Shown: positions 13,552-26,130 of the stretch, piece after piece
Layout of the letters: each line of letters begins with the position of its first letter
How positions within the stretch are numbered: position 1 is the first letter of the stretch
Assembly: GCA_951406725.2 (NCBI GenBank)
Contig: OX597818.1
Location: 16,554,001 to 16,618,000, forward strand
Direction of reading: 5' to 3'
Source of the DNA: Octopus vulgaris
Taxonomy: Eukaryota
DNA: 64,000 nucleotides
The notes under the pieces: model-generated
What the model was told of the DNA's origin: nothing
Database searches by the model: none
What the model saw: the letters and a program-made list of their open reading frames with translations, nothing else
Program-made: the position numbers and the translations under genes

Positions 13552-13674
13552 TGTAGGCAAATCTTTCCAACCCACGAAACAAACTCTTTTTGCTGTGAAA
13601 CTCAGAGTTTCACGGTGACCCAACGGGTCACAAGTAGTCTAGTTTAGTATATATGTGTGTGTGTGTGTGTGTGC

Positions 13675-13721
<47 letters not shown>

Positions 13722-13739
13722 TGTGTGTGTGTGTGTCTG

Positions 13740-13962
13740 TGTGTCTGTGTGTCTGTGTGTCTGTGTTTGTCCCCCAACATCGCTTGACCACCGATGGTGG
13801 TATGTTTACGTCCCGTAACTTACTAGTTCGGCAAAAGAAACCGATAGAATAAGTACTAGGCTTACAAAGAATATGTCCTGGGGTCGATTTGTTCGACTAA
13901 AGGCCCTGCTCCAGCATGGCCGCAGTTAAATGACTGAAGCAAGTAAAAGAATAAAAGAATAA
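13740..13962 (+). mobile_element. SINE family A, 3' half
   Basis: Homology to 580-790. Confidence 0.85.
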
Positions 13963-14234
13963 ATGAATATACATACATATACATTTTTATTAAAGCTGCA
14001 ACAAAAGCATCACAAAAAAAAATGCTACTCAAAGTTTCACGTTCCCATTCGTTGTGCTACACCTGTATCACAACTGCCCGACGAAGGTTTTTGCAGCTTC
14101 AATAAAAAAAAAATGCACATAACCTTCGGTATTCCAGGACTAATTTTCCCACCTTGTTTCGCATTTATATACTTACTCGTATATATATATATATATATAT
14201 AGTTAATCGATTTTGTTATGTAACTATTATAGCT

Positions 14235-14391
14235 AATAGATTTTGTTATGTAACTAAACAAAGTAAAGAATGAGGGAAATGGTATTGGGCCTACGGTGGA
14301 GGTTGTAGATGAAACAATGAATTGTTTATAAAATTGTTCTTTTCTACATAAATACATACATACATATATGTATATATCTATCCATCCATCC

Positions 14392-14448
<57 letters not shown>

Positions 14449-14532
14449 CCTATCTATATATATATATATATATATATATACGTACATATATATATATATA
14501 TGCATATACATACACACACGCATACACACATA

Positions 14533-14595
<63 letters not shown>

Positions 14596-14736
14596 GCAGG
14601 AGTAGCTGTGTGGTAAGAAGTTTGCCTCCCGACCACATGTTTCTGGGTTCAGTCCCACTGCGTGGCACCTTGGGCAAGTAACTTGTACTATATTCTCGGC
14701 ACGACCAAAGCCTTATGAGTGGATTTTTTCTTTCGT

Positions 14737-14779
<43 letters not shown>

Positions 14780-14972
14780 TATTGTAGTCCGCTTTAAGCA
14801 TTGTGTATTATTTGTAAAGAATAAAAAGTTTTGAATGGTACAACAATGCACTATAATACAAACAATGGGTTATATACCTGTTGTAATTTAGTCATCCATT
14901 GTCTGATGTGATATTTCGGAATAAAATTCCTTCTTCAGATATTCTTAGAATGGAGTCGCTGCTATAATCGGT

Positions 14973-15030
<58 letters not shown>
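14235..15030 (+). repeat. Direct duplication of about 12178-12830, with an extra SINE-A head fragment (about 14595-14727)
   Basis: Near-identical blocks 'aatagattttgttatgtaactaaac...' and 'gagagtattgtag...gctataatcggtt'. Confidence 0.9.
14906..14942 (-). ncRNA. Second copy of the CUGAAGA minimal hammerhead
   Basis: Identical to 12662-12698. Confidence 0.6.
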
Positions 15031-15036
<6 letters not shown>

Positions 15037-15114
15037 AACACAACAACGCGAGGACGTGGAACAAATATAGTATTATTGGATGCTCAGGAAAGAAGGAATA
15101 TAAATATATATATT

Positions 15115-15444
15115 TTTGAAAAGTAAAAATTTTGCATTATGTAGCTTGTTATTCTCTTTAAGTGAACATTTTTCTGGTTGAAATACACGAAAAATCGCGA
15201 CAGTCAAAAAATCGTTAAAAAATAGGGCTTTTCATAGAAAAAAAGCACCTTTTTGATGTAAATAATTTTTGGTGTTAACATGGTCCGATTTGAATTTTTT
15301 CTTCTACGGAAGAAAGAGCAAGCCTTCTTCTATCATTCTCTCAATTTTGGTCAACTTGCGCTGCAGGGTCTCGGAAGAGATAGTGTTAGTTGAAGGCTAC
15401 CAAACCTGCCATACACAGACAACTTCAGCTTTATATATATAGAT
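15115..15444 (-). mobile_element. Helitron-like non-autonomous element, 5' end
   Basis: Minus strand begins a|TCTATATATATAAAGCTGAAGTTGTCTGTG, a typical animal Helitron 5' end. A similar end lies at about 15825-15860. Confidence 0.5.
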
Positions 15445-15845
15445 AATTGGAATGTGTTCACAAAGTACAAACGATCAATAGGAAAAAACCCTCCAGGCTA
15501 CATCCCGAAAATTCATTTCTTTGCCGAATTTCTACAATGTTTATGGCGATTCGTTTTTATATCTTGATTTTTTATTTTTCATGCAATTTACGCATGCTTG
15601 CACGCGTGGTGAACACAGTTCATGTCAAACAGTTGACTGAGTAAAGTTCACTATTCAATGCATGGGATAAGGCCTAAACAAACACATTATCGATTTTTGC
15701 ACTTGCGAGATGAATTTCGGAACAGAAATAGCGCAGTTCAATTTTCATTCGCCTAAACTTTAAGTGACCCATTTTTGGTGGTTCTACGATTTGTTGGCGA
15801 GGAGGAGATGTGCCGGGAAGTTAAACACACAGACACACAAGTTGA

Positions 15846-15925
<80 letters not shown>

Positions 15926-15948
15926 AAATATGTATATATGTAAAAGAG

Positions 15949-16013
<65 letters not shown>

Positions 16014-16365
16014 CGAGTTATCTGTTTGTATATGTGGTCACGGAAAGAGAAGTGGGTGTTGTCCACGATAATGGACAAAAGTTGATGTATATCAGCTGCG
16101 ATAAGTGCGAAGTAGTGGATGTCGGATGCTACTATGCAGTCAAATCAAAATAAGCAGCAGGATACCAGGATATCCTTGTTGCTTATTTTGATTTTGTTCA
16201 CCTTACTTCAAGCTGAGCGGATAACACTGGACTGACTTGGTGCTTCAACTTAAGTACCTAATTCAACCGAGTTTTAATTATTTCTTCTTTTTACACATAC
16301 ATACATATATATATACATGCATATATATATATATATATTTATATATATACATATATATATATATA

Positions 16366-17247
16366 TCGCCCATCCAACTGGACGCCGCCCCCAGGCCAAT
16401 TCAATAGCCTAGATTTGTTCGTGAACGACTGCAACGCGTTGGTCAACCAGTTTAACTTTAAAAAAAGACCTCTCCGAGACAACCTCACTCGGGCTGAATT
16501 GATTGCCCTTCACCACCTCCGTCGCCGCAATGACATTGTCATCAAACCGGCAGACAAAGGCGGAGCAGTGGTGGTGTGGCGCGCAGATCTATACAGGGAG
16601 GAAGCGCTCAGCCAGCTTCAAAATCCCCTCTTCTATCGCCTCCTCCCATCCGATCCCACCTCTTCCTACCAACAGCGAGTGTCCTCCACCATCCACGAAC
16701 TCATCTCCTCTTCTGCTCTACCCCCACCGCCACCAACCTCATCGTCCGCACACCCCGCACCTCCACCATCTATTTCCTTCCCAAAATTCATAAACCCAAT
16801 AACTCTGGCCGCCCCATCGTTTCCGCCTGTAATTGCCCCACTAAACACCTTTCCCTATACCTCGACCGCACCCTGTCCCCCTTAGTCGCAACCCTCCCAC
16901 ATACATGACACCAACCACGCCCTCCGTCTCTTCAATTCCTTTTCCTTCTCTTCCAGCCCCTCACACCTCCTCTTCACCTTAGACATAAAATCACTGTATA
17001 CGGTAATTCCCCACAACGACGGTCTCTTAGCCCTCCAGCACTTCCTCGACCGTCGTGCCGACCCCACCCCCAGCACCCCCACTCTTCTCCGCCTGGCAAA
17101 GCTCGTCCTCATGCTCAACTGTTTCACGTTCGCCGGGGAAACGTACCAACAGTATCTGGGGTCGCGATGGGAACGAGAATGGGCCCCAATTTCGCCAATC
17201 CCTTTGTTGGCTACATTGAGGCCCAAGTATTCTCCCAATTCTCCCAA
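16366..17247 (+). pseudogene. Penelope-like element reverse transcriptase (frameshifted, truncated before YxDD)
   Basis: IVIKPADKGGAVVV, YFLPKIHKPNNSGRPIVS, TLDIKSLYTVIPH, LNCFTFAGETYQQ, MGTRMGPNFAN. Confidence 0.92.
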
Positions 17248-17454
17248 TACATACATACATACACACACATACATACACACACATACATACACACATACAC
17301 ACATACACGCATGCACACATACATACATACACATACATACACACACACACACATACATACATACACACACACGCATACATACATACATAAATACATGCAT
17401 ACATACACACATACACACACATACATATATACATACATACACACATACATACAT

Positions 17455-17485
<31 letters not shown>

Positions 17486-18330
17486 TACACACACACATAC
17501 ACACACATACATACATACATGCATATGGAGTTGGCTGTATTGCAGGCGTGCGTCAGTGTGTGTATGTGTGTGCCTGTGGATTCACATACACCCACACCAA
17601 TTTTTTTCCATCAATCTTTCAATTATAAAGTGTGTGCTTTCATACATATATATATACACACATATAAACATATAAACACACATATAAACCTCTACATTTG
17701 TACACACACGCACATATATACATACATTCACTCGCACGAACGTACACACACACGCACACACACACATTTACATATATATATAATACACGCACACACACAT
17801 ACACACGTACAAACACACACAAATTCACATACACACCGACACATATACATACACACAATATATACCTACACGCGCACGCACACATATACATACGTACACA
17901 CATATAAGCACAGACACACACACACATACGCGCGCAAAAAAACATGCGCACACATACGCACGCACACACGCAAAACTCACAACCCCACGGATACACGCAT
18001 ATACATCCATATACGCTTACACACACACACATACAAACGCACACATACACGCACACACAACTACACGCACATGCATACACACACACACACAAATGAACCC
18101 ACGCATACATCCCATACACACGCACACAATTATACATACATACATATATACAGACACACGCACGTACAAGCATACACGCACACATACACTAAGTTAAGCA
18201 CAGTTACTCGCCACACACCCAAACTCTACGCATACACACATGAACACACACATACACACACACACACACACATACACACACACACACTACAAACAAAACA
18301 CACACACGATACATATACATACACACACAC
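17248..18330. repeat. Degenerate CA/CATA-rich low-complexity tract
   Basis: Source of the 411-aa HT-rich ORF. Confidence 0.9.
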
Positions 18331-18509
18331 ACCTCTTTGTTTTTGACCTGTGGCTGGACACAAAAAACACCACTCCTTATTCTTACATACTGGCCAGCTA
18401 CTCGCCAGTTGTTCGCCATACACACATACACACACACACACGCACACACACACACACGTGTCATCATTACACACATACACACACGCGCGCGCACGCACAC
18501 ATCCACACA

Positions 18510-18812
18510 CATTCCCCCTCTCACTTTCCTTGTCTTTGAAAACTCTCCTGTCTTTAAAAATATTATTCTTCCACCTTTCTACTTCCGATCTTTCAATATG
18601 TGACCTCGTGAGTACCGCTGCCGATTTTTTTCCTCTGTCTTCCCTTCTCGGGATCTTTCCTTCTCCTATGTTTCCGACGAAGAGTTACGCTCGAAACGTT
18701 AAACCCTCCTTCTTCCCTTCTTTCCTGAGCGTCCAATAATACTATATTTGTTCCACGTCCTCGCGTTGCTGTGTTTTTTTGTTTTTTTTGTGTTTTCTTG
18801 TTTGGATTAACT
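18510..18812 (+). mobile_element. PLE pseudo-LTR (family 1) carrying a hammerhead
   Basis: Same strand as, and downstream of, the RT. Other copies at 19550-19728 (-), 24021-24230 (-) and 15035-15100 (-, truncated). Confidence 0.7.
18670..18704 (+). ncRNA. Minimal hammerhead ribozyme, CCGACGA core variant
   Basis: GUUU-CCGACGA-a-GAGU(uac)GCUC-GAA-ACGU-U-AAAC: stem I GUUU/AAAC, stem II with one wobble, palindromic ACGU stem III. Confidence 0.7.
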
Positions 18813-19025
18813 TTCGACATGTTGAATCGCTAGTTTCTGCACGCATTTTTTTTCTCTCCTTGTTTCGCTCCGTGTTTCTTTTCTGTGTATCTTTCTGTTG
18901 AAGAGCGTAGGCTCAAAACGTAAAAGACTTGTTTTATTTATATTCCTGAGCGCCATACTAATACAATTGTTTGTTTGTACTCCACTTGCCTTCGTCTTTT
19001 GTTTATTTTCATAAAGCTTCCCGTT
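18813..19025 (+). mobile_element. PLE pseudo-LTR (related family 2) with a decayed hammerhead at 18890-18927
   Basis: UCUUU-CUGuUGA-a-GAGC(guag)GCUC-aAA-ACGU-A-AAAGA. Shares 'ttcctgagcg' with family 1. Confidence 0.6.
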
Positions 19026-19049
19026 ATATATATATATATATATATGTAT

Positions 19050-19152
<103 letters not shown>

Positions 19153-19173
19153 CATACATATATATATATATAT

Positions 19174-19261
<88 letters not shown>

Positions 19262-19404
19262 TATATATATAATAATAATAAATATTAGGGAATAAATCCA
19301 AATTTACAGGGGAAAATCAGATTTATGAACGAGAATGGGCCCCAATTTCGCCAATCCCTTTGTTGGCTACATTGAGGCCCAAGTATTCTCCCAATTCTCC
19401 CAAT

Positions 19405-19439
<35 letters not shown>

Positions 19440-19588
19440 TACACACATACACACATACACGCATGCACACATACATACATACACATACATACACACACAC
19501 ACACACTAATTAATATGTATACATATTCTTACATACTGGCCAGCTACAAAGTATTATTGGACGCTCAGGAAAGAAGGGAAGAAGGAGG

Positions 19589-19623
19589 GTTTAACGTTTC
19601 GAGCGTAGCTCTTCGTCGGAAAC
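19589..19623 (-). ncRNA. Minimal hammerhead ribozyme, CCGACGA variant (inverted copy)
   Basis: GUUU-CCGACGA-a-GAGC(uac)GCUC-GAA-ACGU-U-AAAC. Confidence 0.7.
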
Positions 19624-19754
19624 ATAGGAGAAGGAAAGATCCCGAGAAGGGAAGACAGAGGAAAAAAATCGGCAGCGGTACTCACGAGGTCACATATTGA
19701 AAGATCGGAAGTAGAAAGGTGGAAGAATATGTATATGTATCGTGTATGTGTTTT

Positions 19755-20219
19755 GAATTAATTTCTCATATAAACTGCACGCACTATTAGCATGTATTAT
19801 ATAATGTAACAGAGCAGGTTTGGTTGTGAAATTAAGAAGTTTCCTTCTCAACCATATATATTAAACAGCCGAAATCTGCGATGAGGGATCAGTTTCTGAC
19901 TGAAGAATGAAGGCTTTGAATGACCCGTTTGTCTTTTTGTTCGTCCCTTCGTGTCTCTAATTAATATTATATATATATATATATATAATAAACCTTTACA
20001 TAAATAAATAACGTGAAATACACGAAGGGACGAACAAAAGGACAAACGGGTCATTAAAAGCCTTCATTCTTCAGTCAGAAACTGATCCCTCATCGGAGAT
20101 TTCGGCTGTTTAATATATATGGTTGAGAAGAAAACTTCTTAATTTCACAACCAAACCTGCTCTGTTACATTATATAATACATGCTAATAGTGCGTGCAGT
20201 TTATATGAGAAATTAATTC
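19755..20219. repeat. Inverted repeat with about 200-bp arms around a (TA)n spacer
   Basis: 19755-19953 is the near-perfect reverse complement of 20021-20219. Confidence 0.9.
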
Positions 20220-20713
20220 ATTTATCAAATCTTAAAGAAAACTATCTAGATTTTACATGACGCCTTCGGCTGCTCCAAGTCTCCGGGAATTTTAGTAACT
20301 TTCTAACGAAAGAAATAGCACTTGGAAATACCAATGGGGAAGATTTACTTATTGAGGAGCTCAAGTTTCCAGGGAGTGGTCAAGTCGCTTAGGTTTCCGG
20401 ATCAAGAAGAATCTGAGAGGCAGTATCAAGTAAGGAGACTGTCACGGACTGACAGAGTTATGTACATAGCCAAATGAGGGCGTGCCACTCTTCCTCGTTA
20501 TCTTCGCACACGAAAAAATTTCCACCATTAGCTTACTGGTAACAAGTGTGCGCACTCGCACACACACGCACACATACACATACACACAAACACACACAAA
20601 TGCATACACATATACATTCACTCAAACGCACACAGACTCATATATTAAGTATTTTATGTATAAATACATATACGGGCGCGTGGGCATGTGTGTGACTGTG
20701 TGTGTGAGTGTGT

Positions 20714-21760
20714 ATATAAGCCAAAGTGGACAGAGGAGAATTTATTACCCAAGGTGTCCAGAATGTAAAACCCTATAAGGTCGCAAATATCAGCGCTGTC
20801 GTATGTCCCCATCGCGACGTCGAATGAGCCTTCAGGGTCAGTTCGTTTGACCCAGGTTAAATCCTGGTTGAATAGTAGCATTTTCCTAGCGTGCATAATT
20901 ATATCTTTTTCTCTATCATTTATGTCGGTAATTCGTCTAGCATATACTAACGTCCTATCAAGTAACATTTTCGATATCGATGGATAAATGTCTACTATAT
21001 CGAATTGTATGAAATTAGCTCTAAAAGTGTTTCGTGTGGTCTCAAACCAATGTGACACCTCGATTGTGTTACGCCATAAAGAGAAATTAGATACCTTCCT
21101 TATGTCTTTATTAACCCTTCTTAGGACGTGTTTACTCACCAGTCCGATTTCGGACTTGGCAGGGTTAATCAAGCGTCATTTAGGGTTGGAAGCGAAATTC
21201 GGCTTATGATCCTTGATAGTTATAAAGGCATTACGTTTAGATAGTATTTCTACCCTGACGGTAATGTCCAGGTCGGTAGCTATTCATTTTGCCTCATTAT
21301 TGATGTTATCATAGGTATGTGGTGCGGCCCGTCTATATTTTTGTGCGGTGTTATTCTCTAAGAGCCTGTTGTAGTAATCATTATCTATCTTATAAAAGTT
21401 ATTTGGCTTATCTGAAAATAGTAGGGTTCTATCAGAATTCTTAAGGAGGTGTATATCGTATCTAAGTCAACGTTGAAAGGTGGACGGGGACTTACGGAAC
21501 TTAAGGTTTGGTATAATGCCCAGCAGGTCTTCTTCGAAAACTTCGAGTTCTTTGATCTTGAGTAGGAATCTTCTAGACCTGATGTTAAAGTGGACTTTGT
21601 CCGAGTGTCGGGCAGCTTGGTCGAAGAAAAAAGCTTTCCACCTCATGCATCATATAAATAATATCAGTAATTTTTCGAAGTAGCATTCTTTTGTATAGTT
21701 GTTCATTTGATGGCGTAGGAATATTTTTAAACGAATATCCAATGTCGTGTAAATCCATTA
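20714..21760 (-). pseudogene. PLE reverse transcriptase, probable Naiad clade
   Basis: GYSFKNIPTP, MRWKAFFF, FSDKPNNFYK, FITIKDHKPNF..NPK*RLINPAKSEIG, FIQFDIVDIYPSI, FDVAMGTYDSADICDLIGFYIL, GLY (truncated just before RDD). Clade assignment is from recalled motifs. Confidence 0.85.
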
Positions 21761-22190
21761 ATGTGGAGAATATCACAGATAATTCGTGATAATGTAGAAG
21801 CGCCCAACCGGTGGTGGAGTTGTGAGGAACGGACTTGGTAGCGGTCTGTTATCATACACTTTGTGACTGGGGAGCGAAGAATCTTCGTTACAATATCATA
21901 AATTAAGAGACAAGCATACCCTATAAAATATATGCCTAATTCACGCTAGATATGAAACCAATTGTTTCTAGACTATTACGTTACACATACAAATATATAT
22001 ATATATGGTTGAGAAAGAAACTTCTTAATTTCACAACCAAACCTGCTCTGTTACCTTATATAATACATGCTATTGGCGCGTGCAGTTTATATGAGAAATT
22101 AATTAATTTATCAAATCTTATAGAAAACTATCTAGCTTTTATATGACGCCTTCGGCTGCTCCAAGTTTCCGAGAATTTTAGTAACTTTCT

Positions 22191-22423
22191 TATTTCTTTA
22201 TTCCCCACAACGGGCTAAACATAGAGGGGACAAACAAGGACAGACAAAGGGATTAAGTCGATTACATCGACCCCAGTGCGTAACTGGTACTTAATTTATC
22301 GACCTCGAAAGGATGAAAGGCAAAGTCGACCTCGGCGGAATTTGAACTCAGAACGTAAAGACAGACCAAATACCGCTAAGCATTTCGCCCGGTGTGCTAA
22401 CCTTTCTGCCAGCTTGCCGCCTT
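22191..22423 (-). mobile_element. Young full-length SINE family C with 19-bp TSD
   Basis: TSD agaattttagtaactttct (22172-22190, 22427-22445). The empty site is visible in the paralogous repeat at about 20286-20305. Confidence 0.95.
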
Positions 22424-22939
22424 TCTAGAATTTTAGTAACTTTCTAATGAAAGAAATAGCACTTGGAAATACCAATGGAGAAGATTTACTTATTGAGGAG
22501 CTCAAGTTTCCAGGGAGTGGTCAAGTCGCTTTGGTTTCCGGATCAAGAAGAATCTGAGAGGCAGTATCAAGTAAGGAGATTGTCACGGACTGACAGAGTT
22601 ATGTACATAGCCAAATGAGGGCGTGCCACTCTTCCTCGTGACCTTAGCACAAGAAGAAATTAACCCCATTAGCTTACTGGTAACAAGTGCGCGCGTACAC
22701 ATACACACGCACACATACCCGCACACATACACACACGCGCGCACACACATACATAAACACGCATGCGCACAAACACACAAATGCATACATATATACATTC
22801 ACTCAAACGCACACATACTCATATACTAAGGATTTTATGTATACATATGCATGTAGACGCGTTGACATATGTGTGTGAGTGTGTGTTTGAGTGTGTATTT
22901 ATATGTGTATATAAATACATAGATACATATATATGTGTG

Positions 22940-22984
<45 letters not shown>

Positions 22985-23338
22985 AAGATGTAAGCACAAT
23001 TTTTTCTTCCTTCTTTCTTTCCTTCTCTTTTCCATTGACACTCCTTTCAGATACACACACACACAGACACACACACAAAAGCACACACACTCTCTCTCAC
23101 TTTCTCCTCATTCCTCGCCCTCTTTTACTATCCTATATCTCTCTCCACCCCTACAGACTCAATAACTCTATAAAAAGAGTCGAATCCTCTCAAAAAAATT
23201 CAGATCTGAAGAACCTACTAGAGTAGATGCAAGCGCTGATATATATGATTCATAAAAACATGTGACATTAATAAAAATCTGTAAATATACAACTACCCAG
23301 ATTTCTAATATATAATACCTGTACATCACCTCCAAACC

Positions 23339-23418
<80 letters not shown>

Positions 23419-23701
23419 ATATTTAAATATGCATATACATATATATATGTATATATATATATATATGTGTATACATATATGTGTATATATACATATATTC
23501 ACACACATATATGCATTCTTCCTTCCATCTACACATACATACATGCATACATGCACACATACATACATATATACATATGCACGCAAGCGTACGTGCTCAC
23601 GCCCAAGCGTGCGTGCACACGTGCACAGTTGTCCCTGCTTAAAGATAAGAGTATACTGTTGATTAAACGTCATTTACATAAATTTAATTACGAAGCAAAC
23701 A

Positions 23702-23758
<57 letters not shown>

Positions 23759-23962
23759 AAAAAAGCAACAAGAATGGATTAAAATATCGGTACAATTGTT
23801 TCGTACGATGACATCTTTAATAAGCTTTTTTCCTACTTGTAATCACCCCACTTGTCGTATGGTTAACACGATATAGATTTCCGGTGCATCCTAGTTAAGG
23901 ACCATATTCATGTGAATTCATTAGAACTGACTTGAATCTCAATTACTTTGAATATCAATTAC

Positions 23963-24024
<62 letters not shown>

Positions 24025-24118
24025 ATCCAAACAAGAAAGCACAAAAAAACACAGCAACGCGAGGACATGGAACAAATATAGTATTATTGGACGCTCAGGA
24101 AAGGAGGAAAGAAGGGGG

Positions 24119-24153
24119 GCTTAACGTTTCGAGCGGAGCTCTTCGTCGGAAAC
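24119..24153 (-). ncRNA. Minimal hammerhead ribozyme, CCGACGA variant (third copy)
   Basis: GUUU-CCGACGA-a-GAGC(ucc)GCUC-GAA-ACGU-U-AAGC, inside the pLTR copy at 24021-24230 between (TA)n tracts. Confidence 0.7.
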
Positions 24154-24424
24154 ATAGGAAAAGGAAAGATCCAGAGAAGGGAAGACAGAGGAAAAACATC
24201 GCCAACGGTACACCCGCGGTCACATTTTGAATATATATATATATATATATAATAATAAATATTAGGGAATAAATCCAAATTTACAGGGAAAAATCAGATT
24301 TAGGATTGAATCCAATTTTATAGTAAAATATTATATAATATTAATTAGAGACAAAACCACTATTTTGCAAATCAAACAAGGAAAGACTTAATCAATACAT
24401 AAAAAATTTTAATATAAAGTAAAT

Positions 24425-24478
24425 AAATCGCCGCTACAATTGTTTCCTGTCTTCAAATGACATTCATCAGGTGGATTT
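24425..24478 (-). ncRNA. Type I hammerhead ribozyme, canonical CUGAUGA core
   Basis: AAAUCCAC-CUGAUGA-a-UGUC(auuugaa)GACA-g-GAA-ACAAUUGU-A-GCGGCGAUUU. Palindromic 8-nt stem III, GUA cleavage triplet. Confidence 0.8.
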
Positions 24479-24934
24479 CATATCTTCTATTTCAACAAGT
24501 GCACGGATTTCCGAGTTCTTTAGTGTGTAGAAAAATATCTGTATTGAAACTCGAGAGAAAACATGTGGAAACAGATTATCATTCGAGAAAGAAAATCTTG
24601 GAAACTGAGTCAATTGCATGGATTGTATGACAAAAGATGGAAATCTAGAGAATGCGATCATCAGACTTACAGAGGATGTTTCATAAATAGGATTGACTTG
24701 AGAAATTTTGTAACTGGCCAAATATCCAAATATAAGTGCCTTTTATTTTATTCTTATCGATCTTTATTGCATACAATCTACGTTTTATTGAAATAAAAAC
24801 AATTATATGTTTTGACAGTTCTTAAATTAAATAACGCTTCCTTATGCGATGTTATTGATGTTGCTAATAACTACATGAAGCTAATTTAAACTTCTCACGT
24901 TTAAATTTATAGCACTTAAAAGAGTAAAGAATTG

Positions 24935-24977
<43 letters not shown>

Positions 24978-25267
24978 ACACCACACTCACTCCACTCACC
25001 CACTCACTCACACTCTCTCACACATACACACACAAACATCACACAGACATATAACGCTTTCTATTCCTTCAAACTTAATACTCATGATATGAGTGTAGAT
25101 TTTTTATTTTATTTCAGAAACCACATTTTGGCTATTTAAATCTTCTTTGATCATATCAAATGATGCATGTATACATACACACATATATACATATATATAC
25201 AAACACACACACACACACACGCATCAAGAGGATGTGTTATAATACTATTACACATATACAAAAACAG

Positions 25268-25350
<83 letters not shown>

Positions 25351-25359
25351 TGAATTGTG

Positions 25360-25700
25360 ATTACTAAATATGAATATTTAACATTACATCAACAGTATAG
25401 TCTTGTATTTAAACTAAGTGACACCACTGCAAGAATACATTCATTAAATCTAAATCTATTTAGCACAGTGAAATAAAGAGGAAAAGCTAATACAAGCGCG
25501 CAAGTAGGAGGCCAACTAAATACGTGGGACCTTCATCAAAAGACGTCTCCAACTGAACGCGAGCGAAAAGAATGTTAAATTATGCGCTAACTATTAAAAT
25601 TAAACATTTGTTTTAAATACAGCCAGATAGTCGAGCGAAAATTCTTTACAAACGGAGCTCAAATTTCAAAATGTGCCATCAAAAACCCGTTAATACAAAA
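25360..25700 (+). pseudogene. Highly decayed PLE endonuclease C-terminal remnant (related copy at about 28790-28970)
   Basis: Two homologous segments beginning 'gggaccttcatcaaa'. Translation loosely resembles W.I.K...C.LC...NKRSE...CRH. Confidence 0.35.
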
Positions 25701-26130
25701 CGCTTTAAGACGGTGTATAAGACACATTTTTTTGTATACTTAAATGTAACAAAAAGTTATCAGGCGTCAAATGCTACCGTATTATAAGATGCCGGGTGTA
25801 TGAGTGTGTGATGAAACATATTAAATTTGTTTTCTCCACAAAATATACTTTTTCTCACAAAAAAGTAGTCAGGTTTATCTAATATACAAGAGTACGTCTT
25901 ATATACCGGTAAATACAGTCATGGATGCGTGTTACCATGATGGCTGTCAAAAATAAACGACGTTCAAATTTAGCAGATATTGTGTCAAATTATCGTATGT
26001 TTATCGAAAATTGAATTTTCTTTTGATTTTCACATATTTTAAAAGGTATTACAATCAACAATTTATTGATATATGTTAAGTCAAATAACTTTCATTGGTT
26101 ATGGTACTGCCTCTGTAACAATCAATTGCA

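Larger units (their letters stand above)
20113..22880 (-). mobile_element. Naiad-like Penelope element with direct pLTR-like repeats
   Basis: About 20113-20715 is duplicated at about 22000-22880, flanking the RT relic. Confidence 0.7.

Noticed and set aside
19865-19915. GAAA/CGATGA/CTGAAGA motifs in the inverted repeat as a hammerhead
   Set aside because: The order and spacing are incompatible with any hammerhead topology.
23200-23240. CTGAAGA plus a CTAC/GTAG hairpin
   Set aside because: GAAA is replaced by GCAA and stems I and III are not formed. At best it is a dead relic, so it is not called as a ribozyme.
23788-23825. Minus-strand GAAACAATTGTA half-motif
   Set aside because: No intact CUGANGA core or stem I upstream.
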